From assembly GCF_001447785.1 (NCBI RefSeq), contig NW_015172593.1, forward strand, positions 236,811 through 300,810: 64,000 bases of DNA, written 5' to 3'. This document shows positions 50,152 through 62,900 of this stretch, one piece after another; the first letter of the stretch is position 1; every line of letters begins with the position of its first letter. Both the position numbers and the translations under genes were made by a program. This stretch comes from Gekko japonicus. Taxonomy: Eukaryota. The notes below the pieces were generated by a model that worked only from the letters and a program-made list of their open reading frames with translations, was not told where the DNA came from and ran no database searches.

Positions 50152-50213
50152 CATGAGGCTATAGGTGCCATCAGCATCCTCCTCCTGTTCATCTTCCTCT
50201 TCTTCTTCTTCAT
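50152..50213 (-). CDS. TTLL3: TTLL3 acidic mini-exon
   Basis: DEEEEEEDEQEEDADGTYSLM; ag/gtaatc; phase 1 to 0 fits both neighbours. Confidence 0.9.
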
Positions 50214-51298
50214 CTGTGGGATAAAAAAAATCAGAAACCCAACAGGAAAAGTAAGAATGACCAAGGTAACCCACACTGCGGCAGGTGGCTTCTTGTATAC
50301 ATTTGAAACTGCTTCCCCCCCAATTAAATGATGACGATGCATTCATGCAAGGATGGGAACTTATTTATCTGTACTTATTTATCGTTATAAGTTCTCTGCT
50401 GCCACTTCCTGTAGGAATAATCCCATCAAAACAAAGAGGACTAGAAAACTACAGTAATTTCCATACACATTAAAAAAATAATTCAAACAATTCAGCAAGC
50501 AAATAAACAAACACACAAAATGAATTCAAACAAGTCAAGCAGGTGTCTGGACAAGAAGCACATATTTTTTTTTTTAATCAGTCAGGAAGAACAAAACATG
50601 GTGCCATAAAAACAAATTCAAACAATTCAGCAAACATACAAAATGAATTCTAACTCAAGAAACATTTCCTAAAACAGTCAAAAAGAACAAGACATGGTGC
50701 CAGACAAGAAGATTAACTCAATTCAAATGTCTGAACAAAATACAAATGTCTTTTACACCATTTCTTAACGAAAACCAGGCAGCCCTCTAAGACTAATCAG
50801 ATTTCTAAGTCCTGTTAGAAATTCCCCCCACCACACAGATCAAAAAAATTTTTAGGGGGGGGGACAGCAAATATTAGAAAAGAAAACCCCCAGGTTTGCG
50901 GAAAATAATAAATGCGTCTTTAAAAATTTTTGGGGGGTATGTGTGTTTTTAAATGTGCTTTTAAGGCTTTGGGGGGGGGGGGGGACCCAGATGTGTGAAT
51001 CTAGTGCTCCAATAAGAAAATGTCACCCAACTTTGGCTGGCTGCCACTGGGGAGAAAAACCAAATTATAAATACGTCTCCATGTGCCAGCTACAGACTTC
51101 CTCTTGCCACCTTCTGGGTGTTTACCTACTAAAGATCACTGAACGCCTGATACTGAGTACAGAACAAGCTTTCTCTGCAGTTGCTCTCCCTATACAGAAA
51201 TCTGGCCCCCCGCTGTGATGCTTTTGCAAGGGTTCTTTCTGACAAAATCTCCCTTGAAAGCTTATACCCTTAAAATCTTGTTGGTCTTTAAGAAGCTA

Positions 51299-51631
51299 AA
51301 GGTAAATGTAAAGGTTTCCCCTTGCTCATAGCCCAGTCATAGCTGACTCTAAGGGGCCGTGCTCATCTCCGTTTCTTAATCGAAGAGCCAGCGCTGTCCG
51401 AAGACGTTTCCATGGTCATGTGGCTGGCATGACTATACGCCGAGGCGCATGGAACGATGTAACCTTCCTACCGAAGCAGTACCTATTTATCTACTTGCCA
51501 TTTCTTGCTTTCTAACTGCTAGGTTGGCAGGAGCTGGGATCCCGTCATACAGCACTAGGGTTTTGAACTGCCAAGCTACCGACCTTCCGGTCTGCAGCTA
51601 AGCGTCCTAACCACTGAGCCACCGCAGCCCC
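51299..51631 (-). mobile_element. Full-length Sauria-type SINE with 13-bp TSD
   Basis: tRNA-like head at the right end, (accttt)-like tail at the left; TSD ctttaagaagcta at 51286-51298 and 51632-51644. Confidence 0.85.
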
Positions 51632-52835
51632 CTTTAAGAAGCTACTGGACTCGAATCTTGCTCTTTTATTTACTTACCAATCATTAATAAAAATATCACT
51701 AGACTTAAAAGGTGATCCATGACAAATACAGCACAGATGGGCAAAACTGCTGTTTTAAAGATGAGTATACCATCCTGTTTTCATTTGAGAATGTTCTGAT
51801 TTCAAACCTTCTACCAAACACCCATCCTGCAGTCACTCCATTTGCTGTCCATCAGTTTTTACCATGTTCAATTCAAAGCCATGCATGACCTTGGACCTCC
51901 ATATCTTCTGTATCACCTCTCCTCCCATATCCCGCCATGGCAGCTCCGCTCATCTGTTCAGGGCCTTCTGCGGATGCAGGGCAATGTGCTTTCTCTGTTT
52001 GGCTCCCAGCTTGCAAAATGGTCTGCCGGGGTGGGGTGTGTGTGTGTGTGTTCAGGAGTTTTTCCACATGCCTGTCATTCCACAAGCTCTGTAAAACAGA
52101 GTTGTGCTGAAGGCCTTTCTGTAGGGCTATGCTGTAACAGAAAGGTTCAGGAGGGCACTTTATACAGGAAATGGGGCTGCAGACTATACCGCTGGATATA
52201 TGATGTATTTATCCGCTGCACATTTTACCCTCTTATCACTGTATCGTTTTCTACTGATATAATACCATCTTTCTGCATTGCACCTGCTCTCTGTTATCGT
52301 GTCTAGTATTCTTTGTTCAGATTCCTGTAATCCCAGTCCTATTACATAGTTTATTAGACGTCTCATCCTATTGATTGTATCGACTTACATGGTGTGATCT
52401 GCTTTGAGTCACACTGGGAAAGGTAGACTATAAATATACTAAATAAATATGTAAAATCAATAAAGGGCAGACCTGATGAGTGCAAATGCACAGAGAGAGA
52501 GAGAGACAAGCATGCAAAAATTCCTTTTAAGGCTTCATAGGAAAAAGAGAGAGAGATTAAGTTGTCCTGGTATCATTGATATTATCCAGTGCTTGTAAAC
52601 ACAATTCCTCACTGTCATTATAACATAACCATGATATGGATGGACAGGATACGTAATGGAACAAGGCTGCTATTAGACAACCTCTTTTGTCTCTCTACCT
52701 TGGTACTATCCAGCACCGAAAGAAAAGCAAATACTACCTCCTTTACTGTGTCAAATTTCATGTCTGGAATATTTTTTCAAATCCTAAAGTGCCCCACTTT
52801 CCATTTTTAACACATTTGTGTCTCTGTGTTAACTG

Positions 52836-53000
52836 TTGTCAAGTCGCAGCTGATTTATGGTGACCCCAGCAAGGGGCTTTCAAGGCAAGTGAGAAGCAGA
52901 GGTGGTTTCCCATTGCCTTCCTCTGCAGAGTCAAGGAAGGTCTCCCCTTCCAAGTTCTGACCCTGCTTAGTTTCTGAGATCCGACGAGATCGGGCTATCC
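52836..53000 (-). mobile_element. 5S-derived SINE
   Basis: Reverse complement of the 3688-3873 family. Confidence 0.72.
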
Positions 53001-53013
53001 CTTCTCTCCCAAC

Positions 53014-53219
53014 CAGTGTTCCCTCTAAGCTGAGTGAGTGTGAGCTAGCTCACAGTTTTTTAGCCTCCGGCTCACCCATTTTTGCCTTAGCTCAGGAAGG
53101 ATGGCTCCAGAGCAAACTAATTTATGCAGCAGCCAAATAGCTCGTTCACAACTTTAATGCCAGTAGATCACAAAGTAGAATTTTTGCTCAGAAGACTCCA
53201 CAGATTAGAGGGAGCGTTG
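53014..53219 (+). mobile_element. hAT-type MITE
   Basis: TIRs cagtgttccctctaa / ttagagggagcgttg; perfect 8-bp TSD ctcccaac. Confidence 0.88.
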
Positions 53220-53593
53220 CTCCCAACCCATTTGTACATAACTGTAATTTTTGATTAAGTATCTAAATGAATCAAACATGACCAGAAATGCTGATGTTGC
53301 ACATTCTCCATTACGACAGAATTCTCCATTACAGAATACCAGCCGCATTATTTATACCACCAGAGGAGAATTGGGATGCATAGCTCTCTTCCATTATCAG
53401 TGGTGCTACATCAGCACTTTTGTTTATGGAAACATTCAAGCATTAAAGTAATTCTTAGTGACAGAGAATAAGCACTGTGGTACATCAGTCTTCTCTGTGC
53501 TCATGTAAATAAGCAGTGAGTCTCAGGGAAGGTAGAAGGCTACATGCGGGCACAAGAAAATTGGACACTGGCTGACATTCTTGCAGAACATAC

Positions 53594-53765
53594 CATCATC
53601 TGGTGCATCGCTATCATCTCCATCTTCCTGCTCTCCGTCAGGCATGCGCACCCGCTTACTAGCAGGCTTAGGCAACTTGGGAAATTTTCTCTCCACCCAG
53701 CCTCTGCCACGCAGTCGTTTTCGGATCACAGGATAAGGGCCATGTACCATGAAGATCTTCCTTTG
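53594..53765 (-). CDS. TTLL3: TTLL3 first recognised internal coding exon
   Basis: [28 protein letters not shown] matches TTLL3/8 (KKIFTIQGCYPVIR..LRRRGWVEKK); ag/gtatgt. Confidence 0.94.
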
Positions 53766-54039
53766 CTGGAGAGAAATGGGGAGGATTAACAACATTGCAT
53801 TGCAGGAAGGCTAACAGACCAGGTGAAACTGCACCTCACTATGGTAGCCAATCACAAGTGGAACATACGCCAGCAGTGTGATGCCACTGCAAACAAGGCT
53901 AATGTGATTTTAGGTAGTTTTAATAAAATCACAATATCTAAATCATGAGAAGTAATGCTAGTCAGACTTCATGTGGAATTCTGGATGCTCCCCTTCGCCA
54001 AACTGGAAACAGGTCCAGAGGAAGGAAGTGAAGATGGCT

Positions 54040-54076
54040 GGGGCCAGGGCCAGGGCCAGGGCCAGGGCCAGGGCCA
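54040..54076 (+). repeat. (GGGCCA)6 microsatellite inside a CR1 fragment
   Basis: Direct reading. Confidence 0.9.
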
Positions 54077-54104
54077 GAAAATAACCCTGTGAAGAAAGGC
54101 TGAA

Positions 54105-54387
54105 GAAGAGAGGGAGAAGAGATTGGATTTATACCCCGCCCTTCACTACCCAAAGGTGTCTCAGAGCGGCTTACAAATTCCTTTCCCTTCCCCTCCCCAC
54201 AACAGACACCCTGTGAGGTGGGTGGGGCTGAGAGAGCTCTGACACAAACTGCTCTTTTTCAAGGACAGCTGTGCCAGAGCTTGTGACTGACCCAAGGTCA
54301 CATCAGCAGGTGCAAGTGGAAGAGTGGGGAATCAAACCGGGTTCTCCCAGATTAGAGTCCGCGCACTTAACCACTACACCAAACTGG
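54105..54387 (-). mobile_element. tRNA-derived SINE (Squam3-like), abutting an assembly gap
   Basis: Family body, reverse orientation. Confidence 0.85.
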
Positions 54388-55869
54388 NNNNNNNNNNNNN
54401 NNNNNNNNNNNNNNNNNNNNNNNNNNNNNNNNNNNNNNNNNNNNNNNNNNNNNNNNNNNNNNNNNNNNNNNNNNNNNNNNNNNNNNNNNNNNNNNNNNNN
54501 NNNNNNNNNNNNNNNNNNNNNNNNNNNNNNNNNNNNNNNNNNNNNNNNNNNNNNNNNNNNNNNNNNNNNNNNNNNNNNNNNNNNNNNNNNNNNNNNNNNN
54601 NNNNNNNNNNNNNNNNNNNNNNNNNNNNNNNNNNNNNNNNNNNNNNNNNNNNNNNNNNNNNNNNNNNNNNNNNNNNNNNNNNNNNNNNNNNNNNNNNNNN
54701 NNNNNNNNNNNNNNNNNNNNNNNNNNNNNNNNNNNNNNNNNNNNNNNNNNNNNNNNNNNNNNNNNNNNNNNNNNNNNNNNNNNNNNNNNNNNNNNNNNNN
54801 NNNNNNNNNNNNNNNNNNNNNNNNNNNNNNNNNNNNNNNNNNNNNNNNNNNNNNNNNNNNNNNNNNNNNNNNNNNNNNNNNNNNNNNNNNNNNNNNNNNN
54901 NNNNNNNNNNNNNNNNNNNNNNNNNNNNNNNNNNNNNNNNNNNNNNNNNNNNNNNNNNNNNGAACTGAGATGGGCGTACTAAGGATGAGACGGGGGGGGA
55001 CGGGGGACGGACGGACGATGGAGATTGAGAGTCACTAGTCCCAGGACTGGAGATGGCACAGTATTCTGGTGCCATGGGGTGTGGCGCACTTTCCCAGCAT
55101 AAGCACTTACCATCCGGTAAGGGAATCAATTTGCATGGTTGCCACCCCATTGTGCAACTACACTGGCAACAACACCCCAGCGACTCACCTTCCTGCCTCC
55201 GTCTGCTAGTGCCGGGTACACTGGATGGATGGCAGCGAATGGGGCGCAGACATTTGCGTTCAGCCCTGGGGACTGCATCTCCCTCAGACTTCAACCTGCC
55301 AACTGTAGTCAGGTGGGGACAGATCATTAAAAAGGTCAGCGGCCAAAGGATGCCAAATCCATATCAGGGGAGGGTAGAGCTACTGGAGGACATGCGAGAA
55401 AGACACCGTCTGAGCAGGCCTAATCTCTGAGGAGATCCAGGATGGTGCTGTGGTTGAGATGCTGAACTAAAGACTGGGCAGACCCAGTTTCAAATCTCCG
55501 TAGCCACGAAGCCTCCCGGTGAAGCTGCCAACCTCCAGGTGGTGGCTGGAGATCTGGGATGACAACTGATTTCCAGCTCACAGAGATCAGTTCAACTGGA
55601 GAAAATGACCACTCTGGAAGGCTATGTCATTATACCCCAACTGAAGTCTCCATTCCCCAAACCCCACCTCCCAAATCTCCAGGCATTTACCAACCAGGAG
55701 CTGGCATCCCTACTCCCTGGGTTACCTTCAACCAGTCACTCTCTCAGCCCAACACATCCCAGAGGGTTGTTGTGAGGATAAAATGGAGAGGAGAATGGTG
55801 GAAGCTGCCCTGAGCTCCTTGGAGGAAGGGTGAGACAAAACCATATTAAATAAATGCTACCCTCTGCGT

Positions 55870-56840
55870 TTATTTATTAGATTTATACCTTGCCCTCCCC
55901 GCCAAAGCAGGCCCACAGCAACTTACAATTAAAAAAACAAAACAGCAGGCCCACAGCAACTTACAATTAAAAAAAAACAGTTTAAAACCAGCATAAAATC
56001 TAAAGCGCAATACATTCATAGTTTCCCTATGCAGCGGCGAACATGTTCCAATATTGCCATATCCAATATTTTTGTGATACAATGGTGATGGCAAGATCCT
56101 AGGGAAGGCTCTGATGTTATAACCAGATGTACCAGATGTTAGATGTGGTCAAATGCCTGGTGGAAGAGCTCCGTCTTGCAGGCCTTGTGGAATTGTAGCA
56201 AGCTCCGCAGGGCCCTGATATCTTCCAGGAGCTCATTCCACCACCGCGGCGGTGCCACAGAGAAGGCTCTAGCCATGGTGATGGCCAGTCTGGCCTCTTT
56301 AGGCCAGGGAGAACAAGGAGGTTTTCTGTCCCATAATGCAGTGCTCTCTGGGGAACATGTGGGGAAAGGCGGTCCCTGAGTTATGCTGGTCCCTGACCAT
56401 AAAGCGCTTTATAGGTTAAGAACAAGCACCTTGAAGCGAATTCAGTAAGCTATAGGCAGCCAGTGCAGTGCTTTCAGCACAGGCTGGATGTGTTCTCTCA
56501 GAGAGAGACCCAGCAACAGCCCGGCTGCCACATTTTGTACCAGTTGCAGCTTCTGAATTTGTGACAAGGGCAGGCTGCAACTTCCGAATTTGTGACAAGG
56601 GCATTCCCATGTAGAGAGCATTACAGTAGTCCAATCTCAAGGTGACCACTGCATGGATTATTATTGCCATGTCGCCATGTTTGAGGAAGGGAACCAACTG
56701 CCTGATCAGCCGAAGATGGTAGAAGCCTGGGCACCCACCTGGGCACCCATCATTAGGGAGGCATCCAAGAGCACACCCAAACTCCTAACCTCCGGCGCTG
56801 GCACCAATGGCACCCCATCGAAGGTCGGGAGTGGGATTGG
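55870..56840 (-). mobile_element. L2-type LINE 3' portion
   Basis: IIHAVVTLRLDYCNALYMGMPLSQIRKLQ is an L2 RT C-terminal motif; (taaa)n tail. Confidence 0.8.
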
Positions 56841-58130
56841 AACCAGAGCACATGGGAACAGGAGGCTTACGCCTCCCCATATACCATCTTCCTACGCTGA
56901 AATGGCCCCGGAGACTCCTTTTGGGGACTCCACATGTACTCATGGAGTACATGCAAGTTTTCACAATGGGGCACCCCCTCAGGGCCATTTCCAATCCAAA
57001 TCAGCCCCCTCCCATGCCTGGGAACTGAATTTCCAGTGGAGAACTTGCAGCTTGCTTCCGATGGTGACCCAGATAGTGACTGAGGACTTTGTATTGTGTT
57101 ATTAGGCCCTCNNNNNNNNNNNNNNNNNNNNNNNNNNNNNNNNNNNNNNNNNNNNNNNNNNNNNNNNNNNNNNNNNNNNNNNNNNNNNNNNNNNNNNNNN
57201 NNNNNNNNNNNNNNNNNNNNNNNNNNNNNNNNNNNNNNNNNNNNTGCCTGAGCACTGGATGATGCCCTTAATAAACTAAGTGATAGTTTTCTTTTAATGG
57301 TATCCCAGGAGGGGCTGCTTGCCTCACCCCACTAAACAGCAAGGCCACACCAGGGGATGTTTAACAGGACTGCAGCTCTATTCCTCTCCACTCTGATCAT
57401 GAAATTAAGCAAAAAAGATGTATTACCTATACCATACCAGAACAATCAGTACTGCAATGCTGGACCACCTCCTGCTGACTCTATTCCCAACCCTAGACAG
57501 ATGCTGGCTCCAAATCACAACCGTCTGCCGAGGTTATGCTGTGTATCAATGCAAGTTTATGTGTAAGAAAACCAAGGATTTTGCCTAGTGTAGAACTGGG
57601 TGCATCTTAGACAGTAAAAGATGTCCAAGTATGGGATGGCCTGGCATCAGATGAGAAGGTTGTGCCCGATGCCATCCAGGTCTGTTTCGGACCTAAAATT
57701 CTACCCACATTTATCATCCTATAAGACACTGACTAGCAGAACTTGCACATCATCTGGCTGGAATCATGATTTATGAACCCCCCTCAACCCCACTCCCTAA
57801 ACTAGGCCAAATCAAGCTCCATGCAGGTGGGGCTGGCGTGTGGATATCAATCCTGGAGACTTCAAGTCCCTGAACAGTTTGGCTGAGAAGAGACCAGGTT
57901 CCCAGATGAAGTTCATTATTACAGCTATAGGAAATGTAAAATACATGTACACTGATCTAATAGAAAACACTGTTTTATCAGCGGTGTGCATGCTTTTTTG
58001 AGTGTGACCGAATGCATTTCACTACTATCACTGTAATCCCTGCAACAGCCTTTTAACAAAGGCCAATATTGTTATCCTCCTTGTTGCACACAGGGAAACT
58101 GAGGCTGAATGCCTTGCAGAAAGACACATA

Positions 58131-58300
58131 GGCCCTGTTCGCACGAGAGGTTTTGGGCCGGGAGAGGGACAGATCGGGGCCGCAGCAAACGGGCACAATC
58201 CCACAGCAACATCTGAGAATCGTGCTGCGCCTGTTCCCAATCCGCCCCTCCCGGCCAAAACCCGCACCAAAAAAAGTCTAAGGAAACCCTTCATGTGTGA
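58131..58300. mobile_element. Palindromic MITE (Harbinger-like)
   Basis: ggttttgggccgggag ... ctcccggccaaaacc internal inverted repeat; ggccctgttcgcac end. Confidence 0.5.
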
Positions 58301-58903
58301 CTTTCCCCATAAGAACCATCTCAGTGGGCCAGACGTAAAGATATTACATGTTTACTTATAACTTGTTTTGAATGGAAATAGAGGTAGTCTATAAAAGCAT
58401 CAGCTAATTCTACACTGTGGCTGGAATTCTAAGGCACATACATACAGTGAAATCCTAAACAGAGTTACACCCTTCTTATTGCAGTCGAGGGGCTTAAAAG
58501 AACATAACTCTGCTTAGGGTTGCATTTGCACACAACGGCTCTTCAGCTTCACCTTCTAGGAGAAGCTTCCTATGTTTCCCCTAAAGCTCCCTCCACCCTG
58601 TCCCCAATCAAGAGGCAACACTGTATGAGGGGTTCCACTGTAAGGAGATATAGTCCTGCTTCCCAGACATGCGTGGTTGGGAGGGGTTGGACTGTAGTCT
58701 ATGACCCTACTCTATTCACTGTTGGGAGCTACACAGCAACCAGAACCCAGAACACGATCCAAGTTATTTGGGGGGGACAAGGGGTTAAATGCTAATGCAG
58801 GGTCAAGGAAGCACACTGAAACAAGCCAACAGTGTGTAGAATTCTTGCCCATTAACCTATTTTTCCATCCTGGGAAACACGCATCTTGGAGATGCTACCT
58901 CAC

Positions 58904-58970
58904 CTCCTCTTCCAGGCCGCTTATGCTCTCCAGTAGGACTGTCCTCTCCTGCTTTACACTTTGGGCACAC
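58904..58970 (-). other. Candidate upstream TTLL3 exon (67 nt)
   Basis: Good acceptor (gtctctgttgatctctcgcag) and donor (GAG|gtgagg), purine-rich, two stop-free frames; no homology recognised. Confidence 0.45.
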
Positions 58971-59067
58971 CTGCGAGAGATCAACAGAGACACAATGGTT
59001 TCCTGTGTCCTTTGACACTCAGTGACTGCAGCCCCACAAACTCCCTGGTGTTACTCCGCCAATCAAT

Positions 59068-59994
59068 CAAAGAAGAGTATATATAGCTACCCATCTGCCA
59101 GTCATAATCTAAAAACACTAAGAAATCTTGAGTTAGATCCTAAAGAAATCTTCTGCCAACAGAAGGGGGAGGTGATTTTCAACAATTCCCTCCCCTCACT
59201 GCAGATCTCCACTACCTTCCTCAAGATATTTCTGAGAGTCCTCTGTCAGGGAGTATTTGGGACTGTTAACAAGAGGAATGAGGCAAGGAAAATCTGCTAA
59301 TGGAAATTCCTTCTGTCAGTGGAAACTACCTACAGGATCCAAGGTCCTAACTCCTATAATCTTTCTAGGTCTTGCTGCTTTTTAGTCTCCACAAGATGCG
59401 CACAAGCACCCAACGGCGCATGCGCACAAAGAGGAAAGTGAAAGTGCCATTTCGGCTTAAAATGGCGCCTAGCCATTGCTGGTGTGATCGCACCGTGCTG
59501 CTTCTTTGCCGTGCTGCAGGATCGTCGTGTGATCACCACCCTCGTTTACCCACCGGCGCGGAGGGACGGACCCGTGGTGTGCCGCCGGCGCGTCTGATCG
59601 CGTAATCGCGGATCAAACTGCGCCGGGGCAATTAGCCACACCTCCCCCCCGCGATATTCGGCCCGTGTGACCGGGGCCAAAGAAGAGTATATATAGCTAC
59701 ACATCTGCCAGTGATAATCTAAAAACACTAAGAAATCTTGAGTTAGATCCTAAAGAAATCTTCTGCCAACAGAAGGGGGAGGTGATTTTCAACAATTCCC
59801 TCCCCTCACTGCAGATCTCCACTACCTTCCTCAAGATATTTCTGAGAGTCCTCTGTCAGGGAGTATTTGGGACTGTTAACAAGAGGAATGAGGCAAGGAA
59901 AATCTGCTAATGGAAATTCCTTCTGTCAGTGGAAACTACCTAAAGGATCCAAGGTCCTAACTCCTATAATCTTTCTAGGTCTTGCTGCTTTTTA
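59068..59994 (+). repeat. 317-bp direct repeats (59068-59384 and 59678-59994) flanking a 293-bp CpG-rich insert
   Basis: Copies differ at about 3 positions; insert ends in the TIR-like gtgtgaccggggcc. Confidence 0.9.
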
Positions 59995-62900
59995 AGGTCA
60001 AATCCTTTTTATCAAGGGAAATGTGACACACCCTGAGCTGGTGGTTAAAAGAGGGCACCAGATGCTTTAAAGTGTAAGGACACAAGCGCAACATGGATGG
60101 ATCAGACCAAGGGTATTGCACCCTGTTTTTTCCCACAGAGACCAGACGCCCTGGAAAGCCTACAAGCAGGGCAAGAAGGCTAAAGATTCTCCCTGGTTCC
60201 TTCTCCCTAGTAACTGGAGTTCAGAAGTGCACTGCCTCTGAACATGGAGGTTCCACTGATGATTTATCTTCCATGAACAAAGTTTGAGTTCAGTGGCATG
60301 AAAGCTTATACCCAGAATTAAACTTTGTTGATCTTAAAGGTGCCACTGGACTCAAACTTTTTTCTGTTGCTCCGAACAGCACGGCTACCCACCTGAATTG
60401 ATCTTCCACGAATTTGCCCAACTCCTTCTTAAAGATATCTAAACTGAGTGTCCATCACTATCCCTGTGGTCAAGAGTTCCAAACATTATTTGGTGCATTG
60501 TGTGAAGTACTTTATTTTGTGCATCCTAAATCTTCTACCCATCAGCTTCATTGCCCCCCCATACTGAATTCTAGTATAATGGAAAGGAAGAAAAGGTAAT
60601 ATTTGGCTTCATTCACATGTATTGCACTTGGATATCATGCTACAGCAATTATTTGCAACTAGTTTGTCTTGTCAACACAGAAAAAAGCCAGTTGCAAATG
60701 AATGCTGCAGCACAGTACTGCAATATCCAACACTTTATGGATGTAGCCTCTATACACTTTCGCCACTCCATGCATAATTTTATAAACCTCTAACAGGTCT
60801 CCCCTTAGTCATTTCCTCCCATAAACTGAAAAGCCTCAATACCTTTTTGTGTAGGGAAGGCACTCTAATCTTCTAATTATTTCTGGTAATCTCCTATTCT
60901 GGGATAGTCTTTCTAAGATGGGGTGAACAGGCAGTAATAGATAATGCTGCAAAACACACACGTGCATTCTACTTCTGCCCCATACAAACGCTCTTTCCTT
61001 CTTGAGATGCTATAACCCATTTTCCCATGGTGGTTATCTGCCTATACTTCCTTTCTGAAAATGTTATCCCTGTCCACATAGACCACTGGGCAAAAGATGG
61101 TGTCATCAGATCTGCACATCTTTCAGCAACTAGTTGGTACAACATAAGTGCACAGTAGTAGTTCTTAATGGTACTTTCTGGTTATCCTATGACAGAAAAG
61201 AGCACGGGAGGCAAAGTTTTTACCTAAATCAAGCAACCACGGACAACACTTAAAGCAATGGCACCACCACTGGGCCCAGCTTGCTCTGTGTGTCTCTGGA
61301 CAAGCCCAACTGTCCCTTCAGCCTCCTTCCCCTTATTTGCTGGCACATCGACATTGGGCTTTTTTGACACTTGGGTGAAAAAGTTGCCTACTCTGCCATG
61401 GAATATAAGGCAGATATGCCCTTTAGTTTTGTAGGGCTGCAGTTTCTTCAAAATCGAGCTGTATATACATTTCTGATGTATTCATTCCATGTACCTTGTG
61501 AGGCTGTAATATACGACGCATAATTAGCATGCTTATTTGGTACCCTGCCCAACTCAGCTTGCTTTTTGAAAACTCACAAGATTTTAGTCCTTACAGCTCA
61601 GGGAAAAAAATATTTCTTAACTGTGTAGATGGAGTTTAATCAAGTGCCAAAGAGGGACTGGACAACAGCAACGAGAGCCTGACCTTATTACTCTGGCCAG
61701 CTCCTTATAACTACCACCCTCTTTTGCTGCACCAAAGCTCCCAACCCTTCCCTTTTTTGTGCCTTCAAGACTTTGTCAAAAATTCCACATTCTTTCGAAA
61801 CCTGGATCAATGAAATATAACGGGTGCACAGTACCTCAATCATAGCTATAACACTTAGGAAAGGCAGAATTTATTAATATTCGATGCTGGAATAAATTTT
61901 GTTAGCCCTTATGGTGCCTGGACAGGACTCCTGTTTTATTAACAAACACAACACACAGCTGCTTCAGGGTCATTCACCTGCATATTCTTGGTGCCAGCTC
62001 CAATGCCAGTTCAGCAACTCCCCAGGAACAGGTATGTCAGTCATGGCGCACTGCACAGCCACCTGGGAGGGACAAGGTGATAGGTCACTGTGCCAACCAA
62101 TCAGATGATTTCCACTTTTCCTGTTGGCATCCCATGGAAGAGCCCAGGACAGACCAGAGTTCGGGACAGACACCCACAACATGTGATCTATAGTGTCTGC
62201 CCATTCCCTGCCACAAAGAAATTAGCAAGCACTACCAAATTGAAAATAAAAAATGCTGTTAGCAGTGCAGGAGGAAGCTACACTCAAGCTCACTGACATA
62301 TTACTGCACAGAGCATGAAGGGTTTTGTTTGTTTTGTTTTTTCACTTAGGTATCATGATTAACATAATAGACCTATCCTATATTTACGGCTATCAGGAAA
62401 AGCTTTTTGGCACTATCCACACAGTGGCAGTTATATCTGAGTAGGCCCAAGCATTGATGCTCTTTTGGGGTCCTACTGCAAACTGATATTATTAAAGAGG
62501 AGCTCAGCAGCATCTTAAAGACCTATACCAACATTTATTCCAGCAAAAGTTTTTTGTCAGCATACGCTTTTGAATTTGCCAGATGCATGAACAGCACATT
62601 CAGTTGCCAGAATTTTATTACTTTTATCAGTTCATCAACAGATTGGAGTGGTCCAAACCAACTCTTAGTGGATTATTTATTTTAATTTTTTAAAATTTAT
62701 TATCAGATTTATACCCCGCCCTCCCCACAAAGCAGGATTACTGACGAGATCTGATTTTCATCTGTGGCTCACTATGCAAATGCAACACACTGTTATCATG
62801 AGAAACAGCACCTTCCATCCTCTCTTTGTAACAACCCCTTCCGCACTTCTGTTGTTTGCAGCTTGGGGTATAAACATACCTCACAACTGAATGGGCACAT

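Noticed and set aside
50470-50740. Degenerate AT-rich repeats of about 130 bp, and other short direct repeats (11709/12049, 40368/41301, 55909), as a CRISPR-like or functional array
   Set aside because: Eukaryotic context, only two units each and no regular repeat-spacer structure; these are ordinary local duplications.
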